A stretch of 64,000 nucleotides of DNA, from assembly GCA_016748015.1 (NCBI GenBank), contig JAAOMT010000230.1, positions 160,669-224,668 of the forward strand, written 5' to 3'. Shown here one piece after another: positions 34,721-47,159 of the stretch (the stretch's first letter is position 1; the number at the start of each line of letters is the position of its first letter). Source of the stretch: Geosiphon pyriformis uo1. Lineage: Eukaryota; Fungi; Glomeromycota. The notes beneath the pieces were generated by a model. It did no database searches, was not told the origin of the DNA, and worked only from the letters and a program-made list of their open reading frames with translations. The translations under genes and the position numbers were made by a program.

Positions 34721-37700
34721 TATAATTCATAAAAAAAGATACAAAAAAAATAAAGAAACAGATTATAAGAATAGGTTAATAAAAAAATAATACTCAATAT
34801 ATGAACACATTTTTAGAAAATCATAGCATATTTTCAGAAATGTGCATATTTATAAAAATTGAGCATATTTTCAGAAAATTATGGTATATTATTCAGAAAT
34901 AAGCACAGTTCTAGAAAGTAACATAGAAAAAAATAGAAATATGTAAAATTTCATATAACAAAAAATAAATATATATAACAATAATATCAAAAGTAAAAAA
35001 AAGTATTTAAACAAATTTATAGTTAGTTAACAATAAATATTCATAGCATATTTTTTCTTTCAAAAGATAATTTTTTATATCTTAAAGTAGAATCATCTAA
35101 ATATCAAATAAAATCATTGTTTTATTATTCAATTTATGTTATTTTTTTTATTGAATTAATATTGTTATTTTTCGATTCTATTAGCAACTTATATTAATAA
35201 CATTTATTACTTAATTATATTAGACTAATAGCTTTTAATTATAATTATTAATAGAATACTAACTTCTTATTTCTTTTTTTTGTTTTGTTGTTTATTAATT
35301 GGTTAAAAGATTAAGTATTAAGATATTAATATTAAAAATAGACTAGTAAAAAATCCATAAAACAAGAGTAAAAACTTAAGAATAATTTACTAAAAAAGCA
35401 ATAACTGTTAGATTAAACCAGTCTTTATATTAAAGAAAAAAATTCAGAAAAATTATTACCAAGTAAATTTCTGTCTATTATACAAAAAACTTAGCCAAAA
35501 CTTTCAGAAATTACCAATAATATAATTAGTCATTAAATACCAAGTTATAAATTTGTTATTTATTTTAACATCTTAAATAATCATTTGTAATATTTAGTGC
35601 TCCTTGTAAAATATAATTCAATAGAAAACAAACATTAATATTAACCCTTTAAAATAATAGGAAAAAATCACTTAAGATTTACAAAATTTTTATTTCAATA
35701 TTATTAAACTTACCTGAAATTAACAAATAATTATTGGTCAATAAAATCAGCTTTTAATTTTTATATTAACAAATAAATCATATATTACTTAAAAAGACAA
35801 AAAGATTTAGATACTATCATCAGAAATTTCTATAATAAGCTATTAAAACATACTAGTTTTTTACAAAATCATAGTTTTGTTCTAATAATTACAAAAATAA
35901 ATCACAAAATTAAAAAATACACTAAACAGAAATTTTCTATTATTTTTACTGACAAAGAAAAAAAAAGTTACAAATCTCAGTAAGAATTCCAAAAAAATAC
36001 AACTGCTTACTTAAAAGAAACTAAAAATTATTTTGTCTATTAATCTATTATATTATTATATACTTAAAAGTATTATCAACATACTATTAGAATTTGTATT
36101 ATTGTTAACTGTAAAAATACTTATAACTTGAGTTTTATTTTAAAACAATTAAAAAAATCACAATTATTGGAAATCTATAGCAATTATTTTGAGGAACTAA
36201 AATTATAATTAATAATGTGATTAAAACTTTGTTTATCATCACTTTAACTTAACTTTATATTTATCAGTAATTAAATATATATTAAATTAGAAGAAAAAGA
36301 AAGTAGTAATTAGAAAAATAATAATTAAAGCCTGATTTTATATAATTTTGAAAATAAAACTTTAATTGTTCAAATCCAGAAAAATCCAAATAATTCAAAT
36401 ACTGCTCTTATTATTCAACAAAATATACTTTTAATTATTCAAATTAATTTATCATTAATTGTACCAATAGTTATTTCTTATTAACAACAAATCAACTTAT
36501 CTTTAAAACAAATAATATATATACCAATTGTCAAACTTGAAAAGTTTACTGGTAAAGAAGATAACATCTAAACCTAATTAAATAATATTATAAAAGCCAT
36601 TACAGCCAATGACTGAAACAATGTCAAAGCTTTTCAAGCAATTCTATACTTTTTACAAAATATTGCTAACTTATAATATTAGAGTTTTGCAAACAAACCT
36701 TATAATTTTAACACATTTAAAACTGCATTTTTACAATATTTTAATAATTATAACAGCATTAATTGTCTATTAACTGGCTTTATTACTTTTAAACAAGATA
36801 ATATTAAAGCAATTACAATCTATTTAAAACACTTTTATAGAAATCTGCACTAAATTTAAACACTTAATGCTGACTATTTCACAGCATCTTAAATTTTAAA
36901 TCAGTTTATTTGCAAACTACATGGCAGTTTTCTGTAATAAATATGTTTATTACACATATTTTACAAAACACAGTCACTTATGTTAGAGATTTTAAATTAG
37001 TCAAGCTCAAAACCAATCATGTTTAAGCTATAAATCTAGTAATGAATGAATTATTTGAATTGAATTCCAAACTAAAGCAGTTCAATAAAATAATTAACCA
37101 GAAAATAGAGGAATATTTAACTAATAATTAAACAATTTATTAGTTTCTTTAGTATTATAACAATTACAAAAATTCCAATCAGTTTTAGAATTAGTCATGT
37201 TTATTATTATCATTAGCAAATTAACAATAATAGCAAGAAACATGTATCTGTTATTATTGTTATAAACAAAAACATATTAAAGCAGATTGTTGTTAAAAAT
37301 AAATAGCTTATAATCAAAAAATCAATATAAAAATTCTAATTACCAATTTCAAATTTCAAATTACATCAATAGTTCATTAGAGTTATAAGAATACTAACTT
37401 TATTATGTATTAATAACATATTAGTCATTATATATATCTTTAATATATTAGCTGTAATTTATTAAGTTTTACAATTATAAATAATTTATTAACTCCTACA
37501 AATTCAGGCACTGTTACCAAATTTAACTTAACTGCCAACTAGAAACCAAAGATTAAAAATTATTCAACAAAATTAAAAATTAGTGATAATTATACATTAA
37601 CCAATTTTCAGTACATCAAACCAATATTTAGAATTGTGTTAGTAAAATTCAGAAAGTAAATACATCCAAAATCCAAATTTACAAAGCTATTTAAGTCTTT

Positions 37701-40700
37701 TGAGCACTCCAAAAAGCAATTTATCTAATAACTTGAAAATTTAATAACCATTTATCAACAATATTCTACCAGCCATAATAACAAAAAACAAGTTACTTAC
37801 TATTATTTTTCTCTTTAAATTTGAAGACCCAATAGAAATTTTATTATTTAGTTAAGTTATTCTTAATGCCAAACTAATTACTGCCATGTATACAGATACA
37901 AAAATTAATGGCCATCTTATCAAAATAATTTTTAATAATGGTTTAACAAACAATATTATTATACAACAATTTATAGATTAATTAAGTTACCAAGTTGATT
38001 ATGCTGTCAGTATTAAAATTATTACTGTTAATAAAATCACAAAAACTTCTATTAATAAAATTAATAACTTTCTATTTAAAGTCAATGGTATTATTGTGCC
38101 AATTAAAGTTTTGGTAATAAAAGCCACATAGTATCAAGCTTTTGTTGATAATAACTAGTTTTTTAAAATCAATACAGTTTTTAACTAGAATATTCAAAAA
38201 CTTTAGCTTAACTATAATAATTAATTATTTGAGTTTTAGCTACTTGCAGCCACTTTAAAACTACTACCAATATTCAATCATTAATGAAGTTTGAAGAAAA
38301 AAAAACCTACATAAAAACCTATCAAGTTTTATAAACCAAAAAAAAATATAACAAGTTGTTATTAGTATTTATCTGGAAAAAAAAAAAAAGAAAAGAAGAT
38401 AATTCTAAAACTATTACTTCTATCTATATTTTATATATTACTATCTTTACAAATAAATTAATTAACAATTAATATGTTCTATACTCAATACCAGAATCAA
38501 GAAAACAATTATCTTACATCTTTTTTAAATGCAAAAACTATAATAAAAAGTCTTTATTCATAAGAGCTTGCATATTACTAGAAAAAATATAAAATATACA
38601 CCTATTACTATTGCAAAGTATACTATTGAAAATGTTTTGGATGACTAAAATAACAAAGAAATAGAACAATAAATCTTGTCTTATTTGTAAAAAGATTTTT
38701 CCAAATAAAAGAATATAAAACAACATTTTTGATTGTAAAGAGACATATAACAAATTATACCAATATACAATTCTTATCAATGATTGAATAAATAAAAAAA
38801 TATCTATAAATACTATATAGAATAGAGTTTTTTATGCTTAAATAATTATTTATATAATAAAGATAAGATATGAAAAATAGTAACTACTAAAGTTGAAGAC
38901 ATATTTTCAAGCAAAATATTAAAAATTAAAAACAACTTACCAAAATCTGTTGAATTTGTTCTTATTATAAATCCAAATATTTTTATTAATATCATAAACA
39001 ATTCAGAACAATTTTACAAATATTATCAAGAATTAACATCTATTTAAGAAAAACAAAAACAGTATTTGAAATAATTAAACATTAAACTCTATAAATATTG
39101 TTTAATTTTTAATGACTTTAAATATTATGATAATTGTAACTTTATTTACAATCTATCATTATGTATAATTTATTCAATACTTAAAGAAAAAGAAAAACCA
39201 ATTAACAAGTGTATTTTAGAATTAAAATTAGCAATTAATTATAATTTAAACTCTAATAATAACAACAACAATAGTTCTAATGCCATCCACAATAATAATA
39301 GCAATGGAAATTTAAATGCTGATTCAAATTTTGAATAATATATTGTACTTTTAAATCTTTTCATAAAACAAAAACTTAAATGGTTCAGCAATAATAATGA
39401 GAATATTATGTTAAAATACATGTATAATATTAATGCAAAGTTTGATTTCAGATATTTTAAAAAAGAAGTCATTACATTAGAATTTTATTTTTATATTAGC
39501 ATAAATTTAAAAATAGCATTAAAAATTTTAGCAACAACAATAATCCAACTAACATTTAGATCTAGTTTAGTAAAAAAAAATTAATATTAAAAAAGAAATA
39601 ATTAACCCAAAATATTATTGCAATACTACAAATAAATTAAAAAAAATTTATATTATTGAATTTAATAAAAAAAATAATATAAACAATATTCTTGTCTTTA
39701 ATGTAAATAACTTAGTATTAATTAAAACAAGAAAAAAGTTAAGAATTATTGCAAAAGAGATAAATAAATTGGAATTAATAAGTAGAATAAAATTACTGAT
39801 TAATATAACAGAAAAAAAATAATTAATAAAAAAAATTATTTTCTATTAATCAATTTTTATTTTATTATATAATTAATATATATTAATTATAAAAAAAAAG
39901 TAAAGAATTAATCCCAGATTTTTGAAGTAAAATTTACTATTTGTAAATTTGAAAAAATTGCTATTACCAATTTGTATTTGCTAGCCAAAAACTACAAACA
40001 CATTAAAATTTTAATTTACAACACAACTGGAAATTTAATTGAAATATTAAGTAGAATTATTATAAAATACTTGAACACTAAAATTGAAAACCAATTATTA
40101 ATTATCATTTTAAACTTTTTATAACTATGTAAATATGTAAATTTCATATTATAAATAATTTAGAAACAAAAAAATACTACTTACTACAACCAAAACAGTT
40201 AAAGAAAATAAACTTGGAAAATCTAAACCCACTTTAATACATGTAAATCAAATTACTGCTTAATAATTTTATTAACATATTTGTAAGTAAGAATGAATTT
40301 GACAAAATTAATATTATTTAATATTAGATTGAGACTAAAAATACAATACCAATTAAGCAAAAAGCATATTAAGTATTATTTGCCAGCCATAAGATTATTT
40401 ATTAAAAAATCAACTATATGTTAAACAACAAATAAATTCAATTATCAATAAGTTTATAGTTATTATCAGTTATACTTATTTGAAAAAAAATAAAAAGATT
40501 TGGTTTTGTGTAAATATAAAAAACTTTAATAATATTATTCATAAAGATAGTTATTCAACTTTATTTATTTAAAAATTATTTAATACATTTAAAAAAAAGA
40601 AATAGTTTTTTATATTGGACTTAAATACTAATCATTAATAAGTAATCATGAATCCAATTGATAAAAAAAAAAAAACTTTGAATTTAATATTATGCTTTTT

Positions 40701-43700
40701 GGTTTAATTAATATTTCAGCTACTTTTCAATAGTTAATAGAAATTATATATATTAAATTACTATGGAATCAGTAATAGTTTACTTAAATAATACTAATAT
40801 GTTCTTAAAAACATTTAATAATTATCTCTACCATTTTTAACAAGTGTTTAAAAGACTAAAAAAAGTAAAATTAAAGTTAAATATTATTAAATATTACTTT
40901 AAAAAAACAGAATTCAAGTTTTTGAAACATATTATTGGCAAAAATGATATTAAAACAGATTCAAATAAGATTGAAATAGTCAAGAACTTTTTAATATTCA
41001 CTAATTTTATTAAATTTTGATTATTTCTAAAATTTGCCAAATACTATTAATGTTTTATTTACAACTTTTCTAAATTGGCTTAACTAGCTCACCAACTTTA
41101 AGCAAAAAACACCAAATATAAATAAATAGAAAAACAGAAAGAAGTTTTTAATATATTAAGAAGAAAGCTTATTCAAGCTCTAATATTAATTTACTTAGAT
41201 TATAGTAAATTATTTATTATTATTACAGATATATTTGGCCAAATACTAGAAACAGTATTATTACAAAGAGAATCAAATAGATAAAAACATTCAATAGTAT
41301 ATGTCAACTAAAGTTTAAGTCCAGCAGAAAAAAATTATGGAACTTTAACATTAGAATATTTGGCTATCTATTAAGCTGTTATTAAATAAATAAAATACTT
41401 AAATTAGAAATTTGATATATATATTGATTATAAAAGATTAACATTAATCCAAAAACAAAAATTTGAAGAAAATCAACATGTAAGATAGAAAATAAAACTA
41501 TTATTATTTTAATATACTATACATTATAAAAAAAGAAAAAAAATAGAAATACTAATAACTTGTTATATATAAGACAAATCTAAAACATTTTTAACCAAAA
41601 AAATAAGATAAAAGATAAATACACAAAAATATTAACAACTTTAATATTATATTAATACCTAACAGTTCAAAGAAAAATTATTTTAAAAAGAATAAAACAA
41701 TATAAAACAACAATCAAAATACTTTATTATTTACTAAAATATATTATATTAAAAAAACAGAAAAAAACCAAATCAGTTATTCAAAATTATTACAAAACCA
41801 GAAAAAAAAACAATATTATTCAATATATACTTAAATTTAACAACAAAACACTTTTATAAAAAAGCTACTATAAAAAGAACCAAAAAAAAATATTATTAAT
41901 CATTAATACATTTAAATATCATCCAATATATGCAAAATTGTAATGCTTGTCAAAAAAAAAAAGGAATCAGATTCAGTAAATCACTAAAACCAATTAAAGT
42001 AGGATAACTATTTAATCAAATTGAAATTAAATTAGTTAAATTATTGACAATAACCAGCAAAAACAATTAATATATAGCAGTTACTATAAATTATTTTACA
42101 AAATAACCAAAAGTTAAAGTCATTTAAAAAACAGATGCAGAATTTATAGCCAAATTTGTATAGCAAAATTTGATTTGTTGACATAAATATTTAAAAAAAT
42201 TGTTGTTAAACCAAGAAATTTATTTTGTAAATAAAATATTAACAAATTAAATTAAAAATTTGGAATTAAAAGACCATTATTATCTTTATATTATTTAAAA
42301 ATCAATGGCTTAATCAAAAATTTCAATAGAATATTATGTAAAATAATAACCAAAATTAGCCAAAAAAACCAGAATAAATAAGATTTGTTTATACTATTAG
42401 TATTATTTAAGTTAGTATATAATAAAACAGCAATACTATTAATAAAAATAGATATTTACACATATTCAACAGAACCAATAACAAAAGATAATTTTCAGAA
42501 AACACTGTTACAAAAAACCTATTATTTAATAAAAACATTAAAAAAAAAAGGCAGTTAATAATATATAAAGATCACAAAAAAACAAAAAAAATGACATAAT
42601 AACCAATTATTAAACAAATTAATTAAATTTAAGATTAAAAACAAAGTACTTTTATATTATATCAAAGCAGAAAAACAATAAAATAAAAAATTTAACCTTA
42701 AATAGAACAGTTCATTTTATATTGAAAATTTTTTGAAAAACAGAACATATAAGTTAAAATAAAACAACAAAATTTTAGTTAAAATAATACATAATAATTA
42801 ACTAAAACTATATTACAATATAATATTATCTTTTATTAATAATATTTTATAATTAAAAATACAATAAATACTAATTAAACCAGATAAAATCTTATAAAAT
42901 TTGGAATCAATCATATTTATTAAAGCAAACATGTTAATTTAAACCATTAAAACAGTATATAAAAAACCAGTATACATAATAAAAGCAATCATAAAAAAAT
43001 AGAAATTTCAGACCACATTTACATATTAATACAATAATTATTATAAACAATAAATTAGCAACAATTAAACAGAGAAATAACTATTAATTACTAAACAATT
43101 TATTATAAAAACACAAGCAAAAAAAGAAACAAATATTAGTTTATATTAGCAATCACAAAAACAACCAAATTGCTAGTTAAATAAGATTATAGAAAAAGTA
43201 AAAAACACTTTTAGAAAATACCAAGTATTATTTTAACAAAAAAATTGACTAAAAAAAATTAAAAATTATGAATAAAACAAGTTTTAAAAACATATTATTA
43301 CTATCAGTTAAGATAAAAATTAAATATTTAGAAATTGTATACAGATAAATTCAAAAAAACATTCAATTAACAAATAGTACAGCAAATTAAAAACTTTATA
43401 AAAAAAAACAATTTCTATATTATATATTAAAACAATTTATTAATTACATACTATATTTTAGAATTATCCAAAAATACTACTGTATTTAAAAATAAAAATA
43501 ATAACTGTTAATCAATAGGAAAAAATAATTAACTTCTAATTTAAAGACTTAAAAACCAGAATTAAACACACAATATTGAAAAAAAAATAATAGAGTTAAT
43601 TTAAAATGAAAATTTTAACAAAGTTTAATATTAAAAAAAAAGATAATATTATTTATAGAAAAAAGATACAAGAAAAAAACAAAAAAACAGATCATAAAAA

Positions 43701-45504
43701 TAGGCCAATAAAAAAATAATATTTAATATATGAATCTATTTTTAAGAAATTACAACATATTTTCAAAAATGTACACATTTATAAAAAATAAACATATTTC
43801 TAGAAAATTATAGTATATTGTTTAAAAATAAACATAGTTTTAAAAAATATCATAGAAAAAAATAGAAATGTGTAAAATCTCATATAATAAGAAATATATA
43901 TATATAACAGTAATATTAAAAGTAAAAAAAAGTACTCAGACAAATTTGTAGTTAGTTAACAATAAATATTTATAACATATTTTTTCTTCAAAAAATAATT
44001 TTTTATACCTTGAAATAAAATCATTTAAATATCAAATAAAATCATTGTTTTATTATCTAATTTATGTTATTTTTTTATTGAATTAACATCATTATTTTTC
44101 GATTTTATTAGCAATTTATGCTAATAATATTTGTTACTTAATCATTATTACAGATAATTATTTGGATGGTTGGAATAAATAACAAACTCATAACTTGGTA
44201 TTCAATAATTTAATAATGTTTATAATATCTAAAGGTTTTCATGATCTGAAGATTTGGTTGAGTTTTTTATATAATAAACAGAGATTCAATAATAATATTT
44301 TTTTGTGATGGTTTTAATTTCTTTCTCAACCCTCAAGTTCATATGCTTTAATGTTTGTTGTTTTTCAAAATTTCTATATTTCATCAATTTCTTTTTCAGC
44401 TTCATGGCCAGTATTTTCTGGTAAGCTATTTTCAATTCCGAATGTTTACTCTTATTTCTGGGTCTTTTACCAGTACTATATTCTAACATTAGTATCCTAC
44501 ACATTAATTTTTTACTCAGTTAGTAAATTAACAAACAGAAAAATAAAAAAAAAATAAAAGAAACAAAAAAAATAAAAAGATAAAAAAAAAAATTAGTATT
44601 CTGTTAATAGCCATAATTAAGAGCTATTGTTCTAGGATAATTAAGTATTGGATATTATTAACATAAAGTATTAATAAATAAAAGAATGATTAGATTTTTC
44701 AAACAAATGATAACAATATAGATTGGATAATAATAAATATGTTTTATTTGATATTTTGTTGATGAATTTACTTCAATAGATATTAACTATCTGTAAAGTG
44801 AGAGTTAATTAATAAAGAAGAAAGAGAATGCTAAATTGAAACTGAACTGAATTCTAAATTTAAGTCTAAATACTTTTTTTGCTTTTAATACTACTATTAT
44901 ATATACATATTTTGTATTATACAAGATTTCTAGAATCCTTGTAATTCTTTCAGAGGAATTCTAAAATTCTGGAATTTTGGAATTCTGTAATTCTTTGTAA
45001 ATAATTCTGGGATTTTGAAATTTTGCAATTTTTTTAGAGAAATCTTGAAATTTTTTTGTGATTATGCTTATTTCTGATTGATTATTTTTCTAACTATATA
45101 ATACTTCTATTTTCTATAAATAATATTATTTAATCATACTGAACCAATAGTTTTTGATTACAATTATTAACAAAATATTAACTTTTTATTTTTTATTTTT
45201 TTATTTTTTATTGTTTACTAATTGGTTAAAAAATTAAGCACTAAGATATTAACATTAAAAATAGTTTGGTAAAAAATCTGTAAAACAAGAATAAAAACTT
45301 AAGAATAGCTTAGTAAAAAAATATAACTGTCAAATTAAACCAGTCTTTATGCTAAAAAAAAAGTTCAAAAAAACCATTATTAAGTGAATTTCTGTCTATT
45401 ATACAAAAAACTTAACCAAAATTTACCAACAATATAACTAGTTATTAAACACCAAATTACAGATTTGTTATTTATTCTAATATTTCAAATAATTATTTAT
45501 AATA
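34721..45504 (+). mobile_element. Full-length, heavily mutated Ty3/Gypsy element D (LTRs 34721-35592 and 43647-45504), 4-bp TSD ATAA; same architecture as C
   Basis: Collinear with the reverse complement of element C: gag ~36520, PR ~37900, dUTPase ~39420-39790, RT ~40200-41000, IN ~41800-42800. PBS remnant at 35593-35610; ATAA at 34717-34720 and 45505-45508. Confidence 0.9.
44146..45125 (-). mobile_element. Solo LTR (C-like family) inserted into the 3' LTR of element D
   Basis: Homologous end to end to 23417-24284; absent from the 5' LTR of D. Confidence 0.85.
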
Positions 45505-46089
45505 ATAATTATTTAAAAGATATTTTTTGGTTTTATTAAGTTAACATTATATATTTTCTAACTATTATTTTAATGCTTTTTTGATTTTGTAATATATTTA
45601 GTTTTTTGTAAGAAGTTTATTTTTAAAAATTGGTTTTGTAAGTTTTTTTGATTTTTAAAGATATTAAAATTGTAAATAATAAAATAATAAACTTTATATA
45701 TAAATTTAGATTTGTTTATAAGAATAATATCTAATTTGTCTATTTTAAATACAGAATTTTAATAAAAAACATGGTTTGATTCCATAAAATAAAACTGGAT
45801 TTGTAGGTATTGTCAGCTTGTTTTCTGTTTTATTTAGTAATATGGTTAAGCTGTTTGAGATTGTTAAAATCTTTGGTATTAGTTTTAATATCTGTAAATT
45901 GTGTTTGTTTTTTTTTAATATTAAGAACATAGTTTTTGTATATATAAATACATAAAGTTGTTTTAATTGATCTGAATAGCTGGTTATATATAATTAAATA
46001 TATAATTTACATCTAATTTAAATTATTTAATTTAATGTATTATACTAAATAGTATTTGAATCTTATTAAACATATAAAAAAAATATTTA

Positions 46090-46410
46090 GTTGTTAAATT
46101 TTATATATTAAATTAAGTATAAAAAAAAAGTCTGATTACTAATAATAATTTTATTTTGTTTGTTATTTCTGGTTTATTTGTAGTTAATAATTATTTATAT
46201 TAAAATTTATTTGTGATAATATAATTAAATATTACTTTATTAAATTTATAAGTATTTTATTTAATATAAATTTGTAATGTTGTCTTAATTAATTTAAATA
46301 AATAATTATATATAAAAAAAGCTTAAGTTATACTTATTTTAAATTTTATAGTAAATATATAATAATAAATAGTAATTAGGCTATATTTATTAAATAAATA
46401 AATAAAAAAA
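46090..46410 (+). mobile_element. Decayed 5'-truncated LINE 3' end
   Basis: TGTAATGTTGTCTT...TAGTAATTAGGCTATATTTATTAAA matches the 3' UTR at 22893-23015 after C->T/G->A changes. Confidence 0.7.
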
Positions 46411-47159
46411 GTAAAAAGTTAATAAATAACAAAAAAAATTATAAAAAATAATTAAAAAAAAGTAAAATTTTTTTTTTTTCAATATTTTAAAATAAATTTA
46501 AAGATAAAAAAATTTATAATTGTTAACAAGATAATACTACTATTATTATTTTATGTTTTATTTAGCAGTTTTTGTTTTTTTAATTAAGTTTTATTTAATA
46601 CTTTTTAACTTAATTTTAATTATACAAAATCAAAAAAAAAGATGTAAATACCAGCAAATAATTTTTTATTACAAACAATATTCAGATACTTAAAGATAAA
46701 AAATTGGAAAACAAAAAAAAATAATTAATGTATTAAAAATTTAAAAATTTTTTACGATTATAAAAACTTTGTTATATAAATAACAAAAAAATTAATAACT
46801 ATTATCTAAAAATAGAATGACTAATTATATATTATTATTTGGTTAATATATAAATGTTGCCATTTAAAAAAAATTTCCGAATATGGAATCCCAATTTTTA
46901 GTCGCAGTAAATGTGAATTTAACTTTCAGTAAGTTTCTTTGTAAAATAACGTCATCTCAATCACTAAAGCCACAGCACGTGACTTCGTGGACATTTTCCC
47001 CCCTTACCCAAGATCGCGAATAAGATTTTTTGAGAGCTTGGAATACACAAGTGGATTATGCTTCACATGGATCTCCTAGAATCATGACAACATAATCAAT
47101 CTTGAGTTTTCTATTCTTTAAATGCCGGTCATTTTTAAGCCAATTTAATAGAATCATAA

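Larger units (their letters stand above)
6410..46083 (+). mobile_element. Heavily mutated full-length host LINE (~6.85 kb of own sequence) split by six insertions; pieces ~6410-9156, 10081-11198, 14858-15540, 15927-16114, 23036-23416, 33541-34720, 45505-46083
   Basis: Each piece aligns collinearly with the intact LINE at 16115-23035, and the alignment resumes exactly across each insertion (e.g. ...IAKK | ESHRYLGI, ...YRIQF | NFI...). The 3' UTR and A tail lie at ~45950-46083. Confidence 0.85.

Noticed and set aside
6470-46000. Short Ile/Lys/Asn/Phe-rich ORFs suggesting organellar or endobacterial (AT-rich) DNA
   Set aside because: They align to mutated LINE/Gypsy sequence from this same window.
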